Part shown: in pieces, positions 35,450 to 45,204 of the stretch
Layout: each line of letters begins with the position of its first letter
Numbering within the stretch: position 1 is the first letter of the stretch
Source: Candidatus Fraserbacteria bacterium
Lineage (GTDB): Bacteria > Bipolaricaulota > Bipolaricaulia > RBG-16-55-9 > DRXL01
Length of the DNA stretch: 64,000 nt
Assembly (NCBI GenBank): GCA_947085185.1
Contig: CAMTVK010000006.1
Location: 34,839-98,838, forward strand
Direction of reading: 5' to 3'
Made by a program: the position numbers and the translations under genes
Notes under the pieces: generated by a model
What the model saw: only the letters and a program-made list of their open reading frames with translations
Database searches by the model: none
Told to the model about the DNA's origin: nothing

Positions 35450-36432
35450 GCATCTTCTGGGTTGTGCTGCTTGTGTCGGGCGGAAGCGCCTTTTTCTTAC
35501 TACGCATTCTCATCCCCAAGCTCGCGCAAGCGGGAATCGTCGGAAAAGATATGAACAAGCCCGGCCAGCCTCCCGTGGCCGAGATGGGCGGGCTCGGGAT
35601 TGTACTCGGCTTTGGAGCAGGCGTGCTCACGGTGATCGCCCTCAAGACTTTTCTCAAAATAGAGGTACTGACGACGGTGAGCGTTGCCGAGCTCCTTGCC
35701 GTCTTATCTACCGTCTTGGTGATCGCGCTCGTTGGGATGTTGGACGATCTCATTGGGGTGCGCCAAGGCTGGAAGGCGATCATACCCGCTCTAGCCGCCG
35801 TCCCCCTCATCGCTCTTGCGGTAGGCCAGACCACTATGAGATTGCCCCTTATCGGCACCGTGAATTTCGGGATCTTCTATCCTTTGGTGCTTGTGCCGGT
35901 GGGCGTGACCGGTGCGGCGAATGCGTTGAACATGCTCGCGGGATTTAATGGGCTAGAAGCGGGCATGGGCGCTATAGCTGTGGCCGCCCTCGCAACAATC
36001 GCTGTTCGTTTAGGGGAGATGACGGCGTTGGCGCTCCTGCTTGCGGCGTTGGGGGCATTGGTGGCAACGCTCTACTTCAATTGGTATCCTGCTCGAGTCT
36101 TCATTGGCGACGTGGGGACGCTCACCATCGGCACGATGATTGCCACAGCCGTGATCGCGGGGAACTTCGAGTGGGCCGGCGTGATTGTGATCATCCCTCA
36201 CGCTCTAGATTTCGTGCTCAAAGCGCGCAAGGGGTTTCCCAGCACCGGCTGGCATGGAGAGTATCGTGAGGGCAAGCTCTATTGTCCTGAGCACGGCCCG
36301 GTAGGGCTGGCCCAATTGATCTTGAAGCTCGCCGGAGGGATGCACGAGCGCACGCTCGTCTTAGTCTTGATGGGTTTTGAAGCCCTCTGTGGCCTGCTGG
36401 CGATCTGGGTCTATTGGCGGGCTGTGATCTAG
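35446..36432 (+). CDS. Polyprenol-phosphate sugar-1-phosphate transferase of the MraY/WecA family (GT4-class initiating enzyme)
   Basis: About 10 TM helices. Conserved DDLIG, NALNMLAGFNGLEAG and VFIGDVGT motifs of the MraY/WecA/WbpL family. Confidence 0.8.
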   Translation: MSIFWVVLLVSGGSAFFLLRILIPKLAQAGIVGKDMNKPGQPPVAEMGGLGIVLGFGAGVLTVIALKTFLKIEVLTTVSVAELLAVLSTVLVIALVGMLDDLIGVRQGWKAIIPALAAVPLIALAVGQTTMRLPLIGTVNFGIFYPLVLVPVGVTGAANALNMLAGFNGLEAGMGAIAVAALATIAVRLGEMTALALLLAALGALVATLYFNWYPARVFIGDVGTLTIGTMIATAVIAGNFEWAGVIVIIPHALDFVLKARKGFPSTGWHGEYREGKLYCPEHGPVGLAQLILKLAGGMHERTLVLVLMGFEALCGLLAIWVYWRAVI

Positions 36433-36448
36433 CGTGTATACTAAGAAT

Positions 36449-36832
36449 ATGCCCAATCGCGCTCAAGACTGGCTCCGCCAAGCCCAGCGAGACCTCGAAC
36501 AAGCCGAAGACTCTCGCCAGGCCGGACGACACGAATGGGCGTGCTTTGCCGCGCAGCAAGCTGCCGAAAAGGCTGTGAAAGCCCTCCATCTGCACCTTGG
36601 ACAAGAGGCCTGGGGGCACGTCATCGCCAAGCTCCTTAGCGAGCTCCCCACACCACCTCCAGAGGACCTGATCGAAAAGGCCCGAACACTCGACAGCTTC
36701 TATATCCCCCCACGATACCCTAACAGCCATCCCGAAGGAGCACCGTTTGAACATTACGGTCCGTTGCAGAGCAAGGAGGCCGTCAGTTATGCCCGTGAGA
36801 TCCTTGAGTTCGTCCGTGCTCAGATGGCCTGA
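36449..36832 (+). CDS. HEPN-domain protein (HepT-like)
   Basis: All-helical ~127 aa, N-terminal RAQDWLRQAQRDLEQAE, directly followed by an overlapping MNT gene. The track start is a GTG at 36434, 2 nt after the upstream stop. Confidence 0.65.
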   Translation: MPNRAQDWLRQAQRDLEQAEDSRQAGRHEWACFAAQQAAEKAVKALHLHLGQEAWGHVIAKLLSELPTPPPEDLIEKARTLDSFYIPPRYPNSHPEGAPFEHYGPLQSKEAVSYAREILEFVRAQMA

Positions 36833-37196
36833 CGCCCACACCGTAGATGCAGCCGTGCGCCGCTGGGCTTCTCATATCGCACGCCAGCACCCGGAAGTCG
36901 TCCGCGTGGGCTACTTTGGCTCCTATGCCCGCGGCGACTGGGGCGTCGGCAGCGATCTCGATATCATTATCATGGTAGACCAAGCGGCACGGCCCTTCCC
37001 AGAGCGTCCTCAAGCATGGGACACTACAGAACTTCCCGTCCCTGCAGATCTGTTCGTCTATACCGTCGCCGAATGGCAGAGGCTGCAGGGGCGATTCCGC
37101 CAGACAATCTCCAGGGAGGTCGTCTGGGCCTATAACAAGTGCCAAGGCTATGAAAACCAAGAGAAAGAATCGCGCAGTCACTCTCAGTATAGCTGA
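36789..37196 (+). CDS. Minimal nucleotidyltransferase (MNT/MntA-like)
   Basis: VGYFGSYARGDWGVGSDLDIIIMV NTase motif. Overlaps the upstream HEPN gene by ~44 nt. Confidence 0.7.
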   Translation: MPVRSLSSSVLRWPDAHTVDAAVRRWASHIARQHPEVVRVGYFGSYARGDWGVGSDLDIIIMVDQAARPFPERPQAWDTTELPVPADLFVYTVAEWQRLQGRFRQTISREVVWAYNKCQGYENQEKESRSHSQYS

Positions 37197-37392
37197 GCTC
37201 TTCCCGCCCCAGGGGCAGTGGACGGAGCGAGATTATTTCGCCCTTCCCGATACGAATCGCTATCTGGAGCTCTCCGAGGGGAGGTTGATCATACCGCCGC
37301 ATCCAACCTATAGCCATCAAGACGCCTTGAAGCGCTTGTTCTTGCGGAGGATGCCCGCTTTCTTGAGCCATTTCCACACCTCCCCCTGGTAA
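37150..37392 (+). pseudogene. Uma2-family (DUF820) endonuclease, N-terminal fragment only
   Basis: 80 aa. TLSIAELFPPQGQWTERDYFALPDTNRYLELSEGRLIIPPHP matches the conserved N-terminus of Uma2 proteins, but the ORF stops before the PD-(D/E)xK core. Full-length members are ~190 aa. Confidence 0.4.
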
Positions 37393-37512
37393 CGATCTCT
37401 TGGCGCAGGGACCGGGAGAAGTTGACGCCGGGGCAGTCCATCGCGTACAATCGCCTATACCCTCCTCGAGAGCCGAAGCTCGGCGAGGATGAAGAGTAGG
37501 GGGATATGACCG

Positions 37513-38349
37513 ATGAATCCAATCTTCATGGAGATTCCCTTGCCATGGGGGAACACTATTCAGATTCGCTACTACGGCTTGATGTACGTCATTGCTATTG
37601 TCATTGGGATCTTTCTCACGCGCCGCGAGGCCGCCCGCAAGGGGCTCCCGCTCACCCTCGACGATATTTTGGATTTCGTGCTTATTACTGTGCCTGTGGC
37701 GATCATCGGCGCGCGGCTCTATTACGTCGCCTTCCAATGGTCGAACTTCTTCGTCCCCACTGATCTTCTCAAGACGGTAACGAATATCATCGCGATTTGG
37801 GAGGGCGGCTTAGCTATTCACGGGGGCATCTTGGCAGGGCTGCTGATGCTGTGGGTCTATTGTCGCTGGAAGAACGTCCCTTTGTGGCAGTTTGCTGATG
37901 CTGTCGCGCCCAGTCTGATCTTAGGGCAAGCTCTAGGGCGCTTTGGGAACTTCATGAACGGCGACGCCTACGGGACGCCCATCGGGCCGGACTGGCCCTC
38001 GTGGCTCGATTGGGTCGGGGTCGTCTATAAAGAGGGCACCCCAGGATTCCAGCAGTTTGGACATATCCCCACCCACCCGACCATGCTCTACGAGATGTTC
38101 GGCGATCTCATGATATTTGGGGTGCTGATGTGGCTGCGCACCAAGAACTTTCAAGATGGATTCATCGCGTCGCTCTATCTGGTGCTCTACTCGTTCTTGC
38201 GTTTTTGGATGGAGTTTTTGCGGGCAGACGCCCTGTGGCTCATCCCCGACGTGCTGCGGGCGGCTCAGGTCATCAGCGTCATCTTGCTCATCATCTTCGG
38301 CGGGCTGATCGTGAGAAGGAAGCTCTATCTGCGGAGAATTTATAACTGA
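37513..38349 (+). CDS. lgt: Prolipoprotein diacylglyceryl transferase
   Basis: Polytopic, with the Lgt signature LGRFGNFMNGDAYGTP and a conserved N-terminal YYGLMYVIAI. Confidence 0.9.
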   Translation: MNPIFMEIPLPWGNTIQIRYYGLMYVIAIVIGIFLTRREAARKGLPLTLDDILDFVLITVPVAIIGARLYYVAFQWSNFFVPTDLLKTVTNIIAIWEGGLAIHGGILAGLLMLWVYCRWKNVPLWQFADAVAPSLILGQALGRFGNFMNGDAYGTPIGPDWPSWLDWVGVVYKEGTPGFQQFGHIPTHPTMLYEMFGDLMIFGVLMWLRTKNFQDGFIASLYLVLYSFLRFWMEFLRADALWLIPDVLRAAQVISVILLIIFGGLIVRRKLYLRRIYN

Positions 38350-39059
38350 AAATGCTCCCCAAGATAGTAGCGTCGCGCCAGCGGGTGAGCAGCGATCTCA
38401 TCAGGGCGACCGGCGAGCAGAATCTGCCCTTCGTTCAAGAGATACGCATAATCTGTGACGCGCAGCGTCTCGCGCACATTGTGATCGGTCACAATGATGC
38501 CGATCCCATCCGACGCTAAGGCCCGAATGATCCCTTGGATCTCCGCCACAGAGATCGGATCTATCCCAGAGAACGGTTCATCTAATAAGAGAAATTTTGG
38601 GGAGGTTGCGAGCGCTCGCGCGATCTCGACGCGGCGGCGCTCCCCCGCCGAGAGCGTGTCCACCCGCTGATGCACAAATGGATCTAACCCAAGCTTATGG
38701 AGAAGCTGCAAGGCCCTCTGGCGGGCGAGCTCCAGCGACGGCTCCCAGCGCTCCAGCACGAGCAAGAGATTTTCCAGCGCGCTCAACTTGCGAAAGACCG
38801 AAGGCTCTTGAGGGAGATAGTGAATCCCCTTGCGCGCTCGAGCATAAAACGGCTCTCGGCCAATGGGTTCGCCGTCTAGGAAGATCTCCCCGGCCTCGTG
38901 AGCAATCAGCCCGGTGATCATATAGAATGTGGTCGTCTTGCCTGCGCCGTTGGCCCCCAGCAATCCTACGACTTTGCCGCTCTCGATGCGCACGGAGACG
39001 CCGTTGACGACGCGACGTCCCCCGTAGCTTTTGACCAGCCCTTCTGTGCTCAGGATCAT
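38340..39059 (-). CDS. lptB: LPS export ABC transporter ATP-binding protein
   Basis: ~239 aa ABC ATPase (GLLGANGAGKTT, LSAGERRRVEIARAL, LLLDEPFSGID) with LptB-like length and C-terminal tail. Followed on the same strand by an LptC-like gene. Confidence 0.8.
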   Translation of the reverse strand: MILSTEGLVKSYGGRRVVNGVSVRIESGKVVGLLGANGAGKTTTFYMITGLIAHEAGEIFLDGEPIGREPFYARARKGIHYLPQEPSVFRKLSALENLLLVLERWEPSLELARQRALQLLHKLGLDPFVHQRVDTLSAGERRRVEIARALATSPKFLLLDEPFSGIDPISVAEIQGIIRALASDGIGIIVTDHNVRETLRVTDYAYLLNEGQILLAGRPDEIAAHPLARRYYLGEHFQL

Positions 39060-39652
39060 TCTTGCAACCTACCCCCACCTCCTTCCCTCAAGAGCAGGGG
39101 CTTCTCTCCCACTTTTTGAGGAAAGAGCATGAGCTGTGCTGCGCTTGTGATCGTCGCCAGCCCCGTCTCGGACGAATACTCCAGCCCTCGGCCCGTCAGC
39201 GTGAACCCATCGCGCTCGATACGCACGACCGACGGCGTTGCCAAGATCTTTCTTTGGTTATCCCAGAAGAGATTTTCGGCGGTGAACGAAAACTCGTTGC
39301 CGGTAGCACTTATAGCTCCGAGCAGTTCAAGATCTTGGGTGTGATTGTTCAGCCGAGCCTGGGGAGCGATCACCCTGAGCACTTCATGGCCCTCGTTGTC
39401 GAAGAAGCGCACGGAGACTCCTTCGGCGATGCTCTCGTCTTCAGCCGTCTGCACTGTGCGGGCCTCCAGCTCCCAGAGTCTCTTCCCTGAGGCATCGTAC
39501 TTGACGATATGGGCTTGCTCTGCAGAGATCGCCGGCGCAGAGCTCTCTGCAGGCCACGGCCACAGCCGTGGCGTCGTCACTGACCAGAACCACCAATAGA
39601 AGAGACCAGCCCCGATCACGAAGAGACCAAGAGCTTGCGCCGCGCGAGACAT
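39056..39652 (-). CDS. LptC/LptA-like (OstA-family) periplasmic LPS-transport protein with N-terminal membrane anchor
   Basis: N-terminal TM then beta-jellyroll-like region. Operon partner of lptB. Confidence 0.5.
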   Translation of the reverse strand: MSRAAQALGLFVIGAGLFYWWFWSVTTPRLWPWPAESSAPAISAEQAHIVKYDASGKRLWELEARTVQTAEDESIAEGVSVRFFDNEGHEVLRVIAPQARLNNHTQDLELLGAISATGNEFSFTAENLFWDNQRKILATPSVVRIERDGFTLTGRGLEYSSETGLATITSAAQLMLFPQKVGEKPLLLREGGGGRLQE

Positions 39653-41247
39653 GCTTGCACCAACCCCACAAAGAGCGGGCGCGGCCGCGTCGGCCGCGAC
39701 TTGAACTCCGGGTGAAACTGCGAGGCGATAAAATACGGGTGCTCCGCAAGCTCGAGAATCTCCATGCGCCGACCGTCAGGCGATTTCCCGGAAAACTTGA
39801 GCCCCGCGGCTTCCAAGGCCCTAATATATTTGGGGTTGACTTCGTAGCGATGCCGGTGACGCTCCGAGATCTCCAGCGCGCCATAGAGCTTATGCGCGAG
39901 CGTCCCACGCTCGATGACGACCGGTTGAGCCCCCAGGCGCATCGTTGCGCCCTTCTCCGTAAGAGATCGCTGCTCCGGCATAAGATCAATCACGGGGTGC
40001 TCCGTAGGACCGAACTCGGCGCTATTGGCCTTCTCCAAACCCAGCACATATCGAGCGAATTCGATCACCGCGAGCTGGAAGCCGTAACAGATCCCCACAA
40101 ACGGCACGTTCTGCGTGCGGGCGTAGTGAATCGCTCTGATCTTCCCCTCAGCCCCGCGATGCCCAAACCCCACCGGGACAACCATCCCGTCTACGCCCTC
40201 CATCTGGGATTCAGAGAACCCTTCTGCTTCGATCCACACGACCTCGATCCCTGCGCCCAGCGCCGCGCCGGCATGGGTGAGCGCCTCCACGTAGCTCACG
40301 TAGCTATCGCGTAAATCTGTGTACTTGCCCACGAGCGCGATGCGCACCCGCACCTTGGGGTGGAGCACTGCTTCCGTAAAATCCCTCCAGGCGCTCAAAT
40401 CGGTGCTCGACGAGGGAAGCTTCAAGCGCCGCAACAGCAGATCTGTCAATCCCTGCTCTTCAAACAAGAGCGGGACTTGATAGATTGAGGGGGCATCGGG
40501 CGCACTGATGACCGCTTCAAAGGGCACATCGCAAAAGAGCGCGATCTTCTTGCGAATCCCCTCTGTGAGCGGGATGGTGCTGCGCCCGATAATGACATCG
40601 GGCTGAATCCCAATAGCCCGCAGCTCCTTCACCGAGTGCTGGGTCGGCTTGGTCTTCTGCTCGCCGACCACAGATACGGTGGGCACGAGCGTCGTGTGCA
40701 CAAAGACGCACTGATCGTCGCCCAGCTCCTGGTGCATCTGGCGCAGGGCTTCTAAGAAGGGCATGGACTCGATGTCGCCCACCGTGCCCCCGACCTCCAC
40801 CAATACTACGTCGGCCCTGTCTTTTTCAGCCACACGCTTGATGCTCGACTTGATCTCGTCGGTAATATGAGGGATGATCTGCACAGTCGCGCCTAGATAA
40901 TCTCCGCGACGCTCTTTCTCGATTACGCTCTTGTAGATCTTCCCCGTGGTGATGTTGTGATCTTTGGTCAAGTCTCTATCTAAAAAGCGCTCGTAGCTGC
41001 CCAAATCCATGTCGGCCTCACCGCCGTCTTCGAGCACGAAGACCTCCCCGTGTTGATAGGGGTTCATCGTGCCAGCGTCACAGTTGAGATAGGGGTCTAT
41101 CTTGATAGCCGTGACGTTGAGGCCGCGCGATTTGAGCAACAACCCGATGGAAGATGACGTGATGCCCTTGCCCAACCCGGAGAGCACCCCTCCAGTCACA
41201 AAAACATATCTGCTCACAGGACACCCCTTGTGATGGGAGACGTTCAT
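39616..41247 (-). CDS. pyrG: CTP synthase
   Basis: [16 protein letters not shown]-terminus plus C-terminal glutamine amidotransferase domain ([12 protein letters not shown]). True start is probably the internal GTG near 41217, 2-3 codons before YVFVTGG. Confidence 0.95.
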   Translation of the reverse strand: MNVSHHKGCPVSRYVFVTGGVLSGLGKGITSSSIGLLLKSRGLNVTAIKIDPYLNCDAGTMNPYQHGEVFVLEDGGEADMDLGSYERFLDRDLTKDHNITTGKIYKSVIEKERRGDYLGATVQIIPHITDEIKSSIKRVAEKDRADVVLVEVGGTVGDIESMPFLEALRQMHQELGDDQCVFVHTTLVPTVSVVGEQKTKPTQHSVKELRAIGIQPDVIIGRSTIPLTEGIRKKIALFCDVPFEAVISAPDAPSIYQVPLLFEEQGLTDLLLRRLKLPSSSTDLSAWRDFTEAVLHPKVRVRIALVGKYTDLRDSYVSYVEALTHAGAALGAGIEVVWIEAEGFSESQMEGVDGMVVPVGFGHRGAEGKIRAIHYARTQNVPFVGICYGFQLAVIEFARYVLGLEKANSAEFGPTEHPVIDLMPEQRSLTEKGATMRLGAQPVVIERGTLAHKLYGALEISERHRHRYEVNPKYIRALEAAGLKFSGKSPDGRRMEILELAEHPYFIASQFHPEFKSRPTRPRPLFVGLVQACLARRKLLVSS

Positions 41248-41345
41248 GTACGTTCGGGCTCATGTGATTATACCCCGCCCCTGCAGAGCAAGCAACTGGT
41301 GATCTTGCTTTCTTGTGAGAGATGTGTCATAATCTGAGCTACTCT

Positions 41346-42314
41346 ATGAAGGACCGATTTGGCCGAGAGCACAACTACCTGCGGATTTCGGTCATCGATC
41401 GTTGTAACTTGCGTTGTCATTACTGTATGCCCCTCCATGCGCAGTTTTTCAACCCCAAGGACGTACTGTCGTTCGATGAGATCATCACCGTTGTTCAAGT
41501 CGCTTCTCAGCTGGGGATACGCAGCGTGCGGATCACTGGTGGGGAGCCGTTAGTCCGCCCTAACCTTCCAGAGCTGATCTCTAGATTAAAGGCCGAGTGC
41601 ACCGTAGAAGAGATCTCGTGCACGACCAACGGGATGTTGTTAGAACAGTTTGCCAAAGCTTTAAAAGACGCAGGCCTCGACAGAATCAACGTGAGCATGG
41701 ACACGCTGCGCCCTGACAGGTTCAGAAAGATCACGCGCTTTGGGAGCTTGGAGAGAGTGTTGAATGGGGTGCGCCGTGCCCTCGAAGTCGGGCTGACCCC
41801 GCTCAAGATCAACGCGGTCATCCTCAAGGGGTTTAACGACGATGAGATCGAAGATCTGTTCAAGCTGACGCTCGCAGAGAATGTGACCGTGAGATTTTTA
41901 GAGCTCATGCCCATCGGCGAGGCGCTCAGCCTCGACGGGCTGGGGGGCTATCTCAATCTCAGCATGGTGCGGCGTGCGCTCACGGAAAAGTATAAGTTAG
42001 TGCCCACCGACGAGAGAGGGCGTGGACCGGCGCGCTATTGGAAAGCCCCCGGCGCGCCGGGAAAAGTCGGCTTTATCACCCCCATCTCAGACAAATATTG
42101 CTCGACGTGCAGCCGCATCCGTCTGACGGCCACCGGCGAGATTCGCCCCTGCTTAGCTTACGACGTGCATGTCAACTTAAGGGACGCCATCCGTCGCAAC
42201 GACCGAGAGGCCATCGCGGCAGGGATTCAGAGAGCACTCGAGATCAAGCCCGCGGGACACCACTGGGACGAAGGCCAGATCACCCATACCATGATGTCGA
42301 GTTTGGGAGGGTAG
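41346..42314 (+). CDS. moaA: GTP 3',8-cyclase (molybdenum cofactor biosynthesis protein A)
   Basis: Radical-SAM CNLRCHYC, then GGEPL and the C-terminal second Fe-S cluster CSTCSRIRLTATG. MKDRFGREHNYLRISV start preferred over the track's 41322. Confidence 0.9.
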   Translation: MKDRFGREHNYLRISVIDRCNLRCHYCMPLHAQFFNPKDVLSFDEIITVVQVASQLGIRSVRITGGEPLVRPNLPELISRLKAECTVEEISCTTNGMLLEQFAKALKDAGLDRINVSMDTLRPDRFRKITRFGSLERVLNGVRRALEVGLTPLKINAVILKGFNDDEIEDLFKLTLAENVTVRFLELMPIGEALSLDGLGGYLNLSMVRRALTEKYKLVPTDERGRGPARYWKAPGAPGKVGFITPISDKYCSTCSRIRLTATGEIRPCLAYDVHVNLRDAIRRNDREAIAAGIQRALEIKPAGHHWDEGQITHTMMSSLGG

Positions 42315-42776
42315 ATGATCCCTTGCCTCGCCATCGTAGGCGTCAGCGGCTCCGGCAAGACGACTCTTATGACGGGGCTTATCAGGGCTCTCAGGACTCG
42401 CGGCTATCGTGTGGGCGCGATCAAACACACCCATCATGACTTTGAGATAGACCATCCCGGCACAGATTCGTGCTCTCTCAAAGCCGCCGGAGCAAGCACG
42501 GTGATGCTCCTAGCGCCGCATAAGCTCGCGCTCGTCCGCGATCTTGCCGGTGAGCTCCCAGAAGAAGAGCTCCTCTCGCGCTCTTTTTTTGGGGATGTGC
42601 AGCTTGTGCTCATAGAGGGCTTGAAGCATTCAGAGCTCCCCAAGATTCTCTTAGTAGAGGACGCTGCGTCGCCCCTAAAAGTTTCTCACGTCGTAGCGAC
42701 GGTGCCGGCGCGACGCTTCGGCCCAGATGAGCTCGAGCGTCTTGCCGACTTGATCGAGGAGAAGTTCTTACGATGA
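42315..42776 (+). CDS. mobB: Molybdopterin-guanine dinucleotide biosynthesis adapter protein
   Basis: P-loop VGVSGSGKTTL plus KHTHHDF, ~150 aa. Confidence 0.8.
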   Translation: MIPCLAIVGVSGSGKTTLMTGLIRALRTRGYRVGAIKHTHHDFEIDHPGTDSCSLKAAGASTVMLLAPHKLALVRDLAGELPEEELLSRSFFGDVQLVLIEGLKHSELPKILLVEDAASPLKVSHVVATVPARRFGPDELERLADLIEEKFLR

Positions 42777-44011
42777 GGGCTTTTCACGAAAAGACGCTCG
42801 ACGAAGCGCTGGCGCTTGCCCTCGCTCACGTCGAGCCCATCACTGAGACAGAGACCATCGCGACGACGGATTCTTTAGGTCGAGTGCTCGCTGAAGATAT
42901 TCTCTGCCCCCAGGACGTTCCAGGGTTTGCCCGCTCAGGGATGGACGGCTACGCCATACGCGCCCAGGACACTCAAGGGGCAAGCCCTGAGCATCCCGTC
43001 GCGTTGAAGCTCATCGGCTCGGTCGAGATGGGCCAGGACCCACGCGCGCTGCCCTGTGTCCACGAAGGGGAAGCGTGCGAGATCCCCACAGGTGGCCCTC
43101 TGCCCCCAGGCGCTGATGCCGTGGCCATGCTCGAAGAAGCAGAGCGTCTCGATCACGCACTTATACGGCTCGTTGCGGAAGTATCTCCGGGGGCGCATGT
43201 CATGGCGGCGGATTCTGATTTCCGGCATGGCGAGCTCATCTTCAAGAAGGGGCACAAGGTGCGCGCGGTAGACGTGGGGGCTTTGTTAGCAATGGGCATA
43301 CTCTCAGTGAGAGTCTATCGGCGCGTGCAAGTCGGGATTCTCAGCACCGGCGACGAGCTTGTTGAGCCTGATCGGCCGCTTCGCCCAGGACAGATCCGCG
43401 AGATTAATTCGCATATTTTAAGGAGCTTGCTTGAATCCCAGGGGGCTCAGAGCAGGGTTTTGGGGATTGTGCCCGATGAGCGCGAACGCCTTCGCACGAC
43501 GGTGCAACGCGCCGTGAACGACTCAGACATGGTGTTGATATCCGGGGGCTCGTCGGTGGGGAGACAGGACTGGACTTTTACGATTCTCGACGAGCTAGGA
43601 GAGGTCCTCGTGCACGGGTTGCAGATCAAGCCCGGCAAGCCCACGATCTTCGCCGTGATCGAGAAGAGCCCCATAATTGGGCTGCCAGGGAATCCCGTCT
43701 CGTGTGTGATAGTCTTTGAGAAATTTGTGCGCCCTCTGCTGGCGCGGCGCAGCGGGCTCACAGTCTTGTTGCCGGCGCACAAGTTAGCCTCAGCGCACCT
43801 GACGCACACGGTGCGTTCGGTCGTGGGCAGAGAAGACTTTGTCGCAATACGCTTGAGGCTGGACCAAGCGCGTGGGATGCTCTATGCGGAGCCCCTGTGG
43901 GGGCATTCGAGCGCGATTGCGACGCTGGCGCGGGCCGACGGGATTCTCCGCGTTCCCCCGGAGCTCGAAGAGATCCCCCAGGGCGCGCACGTCTGGGTGG
44001 AGCTGCTATGA
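42773..44011 (+). CDS. moeA: Molybdopterin molybdenumtransferase
   Basis: MoeA N-terminal, MoCF-binding (GGSSVG) and C-terminal domains. ATGA overlap with mobB. Confidence 0.85.
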   Translation: MRAFHEKTLDEALALALAHVEPITETETIATTDSLGRVLAEDILCPQDVPGFARSGMDGYAIRAQDTQGASPEHPVALKLIGSVEMGQDPRALPCVHEGEACEIPTGGPLPPGADAVAMLEEAERLDHALIRLVAEVSPGAHVMAADSDFRHGELIFKKGHKVRAVDVGALLAMGILSVRVYRRVQVGILSTGDELVEPDRPLRPGQIREINSHILRSLLESQGAQSRVLGIVPDERERLRTTVQRAVNDSDMVLISGGSSVGRQDWTFTILDELGEVLVHGLQIKPGKPTIFAVIEKSPIIGLPGNPVSCVIVFEKFVRPLLARRSGLTVLLPAHKLASAHLTHTVRSVVGREDFVAIRLRLDQARGMLYAEPLWGHSSAIATLARADGILRVPPELEEIPQGAHVWVELL

Positions 44012-45204
44012 AGCCAACGAGAGCGCAGTTCCAAGCTGTCGCTTTGGAAGAGGCCCGACGCATCTTCTTTGCCAAGCTCACAGGGTTTTTTCAAGCTCTC
44101 GAAGAAGAGATCAAGACGACAGAAGCCCTGGGGCGTATCACGAGCCGTGCTGTCTTCGCTCAGCGCGATCTGCCACACTATGCGAGTGCGGCCATGGATG
44201 GGATCGCCGTCAAAGCCGAGCAGACGCACCGCGCGAGCCCCCAACACCCCGTGCGACTCACGCGCACAACCGACTTTGAATACGTGGACACAGGCGACCC
44301 TATCCCTGAGAGATTCGATGCTGTTATCAAGATCGAAGACGTCCGCGAGCTCGATGCCACCACAGTAGAGATCTCTAAGCCCATCCCCCAAGGGAAGCAT
44401 ATACGCTCCGTCGGCGAAGATTTTAGGCGCGGGGCTCAGATCGTGCCCAAAGACTGTGAGCTTACCCCTGAAGCTCTCGCAGCGCTGCTGGGCACGGGAA
44501 ATCTCACCGTATGGGTGAAGCGTCGCCCCAAGATTGCGTTCATTCCGACGGGATCGGAGCTGATCCCACCAGAAGTACAGCCCTCAGTGGGGCAGATCGT
44601 CGAGACGAACTCTCAGATAGTGAAGGGGTATACCGAGCGCTGGGGTGCAATAGCTCAGATTTACTCTCTTGTGCCCAGTGACCCGGAGTGCATCCGCAGC
44701 GCCGTAAGAGAATCTCTAGCCCAGCACGACCTCATCTTGATAGGAGCGGGGACGAGCAAGGGGCGCGGAGACTTTGTGAGCGACGTTGTGGAGGGCCTTG
44801 GAGAGGTGCTCGTGCATGGGATCGCGTACCATCCGGGGCATCCGGTCTTGTTGGGGGTTATCGAGGGCAGGCCCGTCATCGGGTTGCCAGGGTATCCGGT
44901 GGCGACGTGGCTGGCGCTCCATCTCCTTGTCAAGCCTCTGCTAGAGCGCTATTATTTTGGCCGTGAGCGCGAACTTTCGAAAGTCCAAGCCAAGCTCACC
45001 AAGCCCATTCAGTCTCTGAGGGGCTATCGGGAGTTCGTGCGCGCGAAACTCGAGCGTGCTCCAGACGGCTCGTATTGTGTGTATCCCCTCCAAGGGGGCG
45101 CAAGCAAGCTCTCGACGATCATAGGAGCCGACGGATGGATCGAAGTTCCAGAGGAGCTAGAAAGTCTTCCCAAGGACGAGATGGTCACCGTCACGGTGCT
45201 ATGA
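44008..45204 (+). CDS. moeA: Second MoeA-family molybdopterin molybdenumtransferase paralog
   Basis: Colinear with the upstream moeA (SAAMDGIAV, GAGTSKGRGDF). MKPTRAQ start overlaps the upstream stop. The track ORF begins upstream at 43897 in overlap. Confidence 0.8.
   Translation: MKPTRAQFQAVALEEARRIFFAKLTGFFQALEEEIKTTEALGRITSRAVFAQRDLPHYASAAMDGIAVKAEQTHRASPQHPVRLTRTTDFEYVDTGDPIPERFDAVIKIEDVRELDATTVEISKPIPQGKHIRSVGEDFRRGAQIVPKDCELTPEALAALLGTGNLTVWVKRRPKIAFIPTGSELIPPEVQPSVGQIVETNSQIVKGYTERWGAIAQIYSLVPSDPECIRSAVRESLAQHDLILIGAGTSKGRGDFVSDVVEGLGEVLVHGIAYHPGHPVLLGVIEGRPVIGLPGYPVATWLALHLLVKPLLERYYFGRERELSKVQAKLTKPIQSLRGYREFVRAKLERAPDGSYCVYPLQGGASKLSTIIGADGWIEVPEELESLPKDEMVTVTVL

Noticed and set aside
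37024-37737. 237-aa minus-strand ORF
   Set aside because: Antisense to the MNT gene, the Uma2 fragment and the lgt 5' end. No domain signal. A high-GC artefact.
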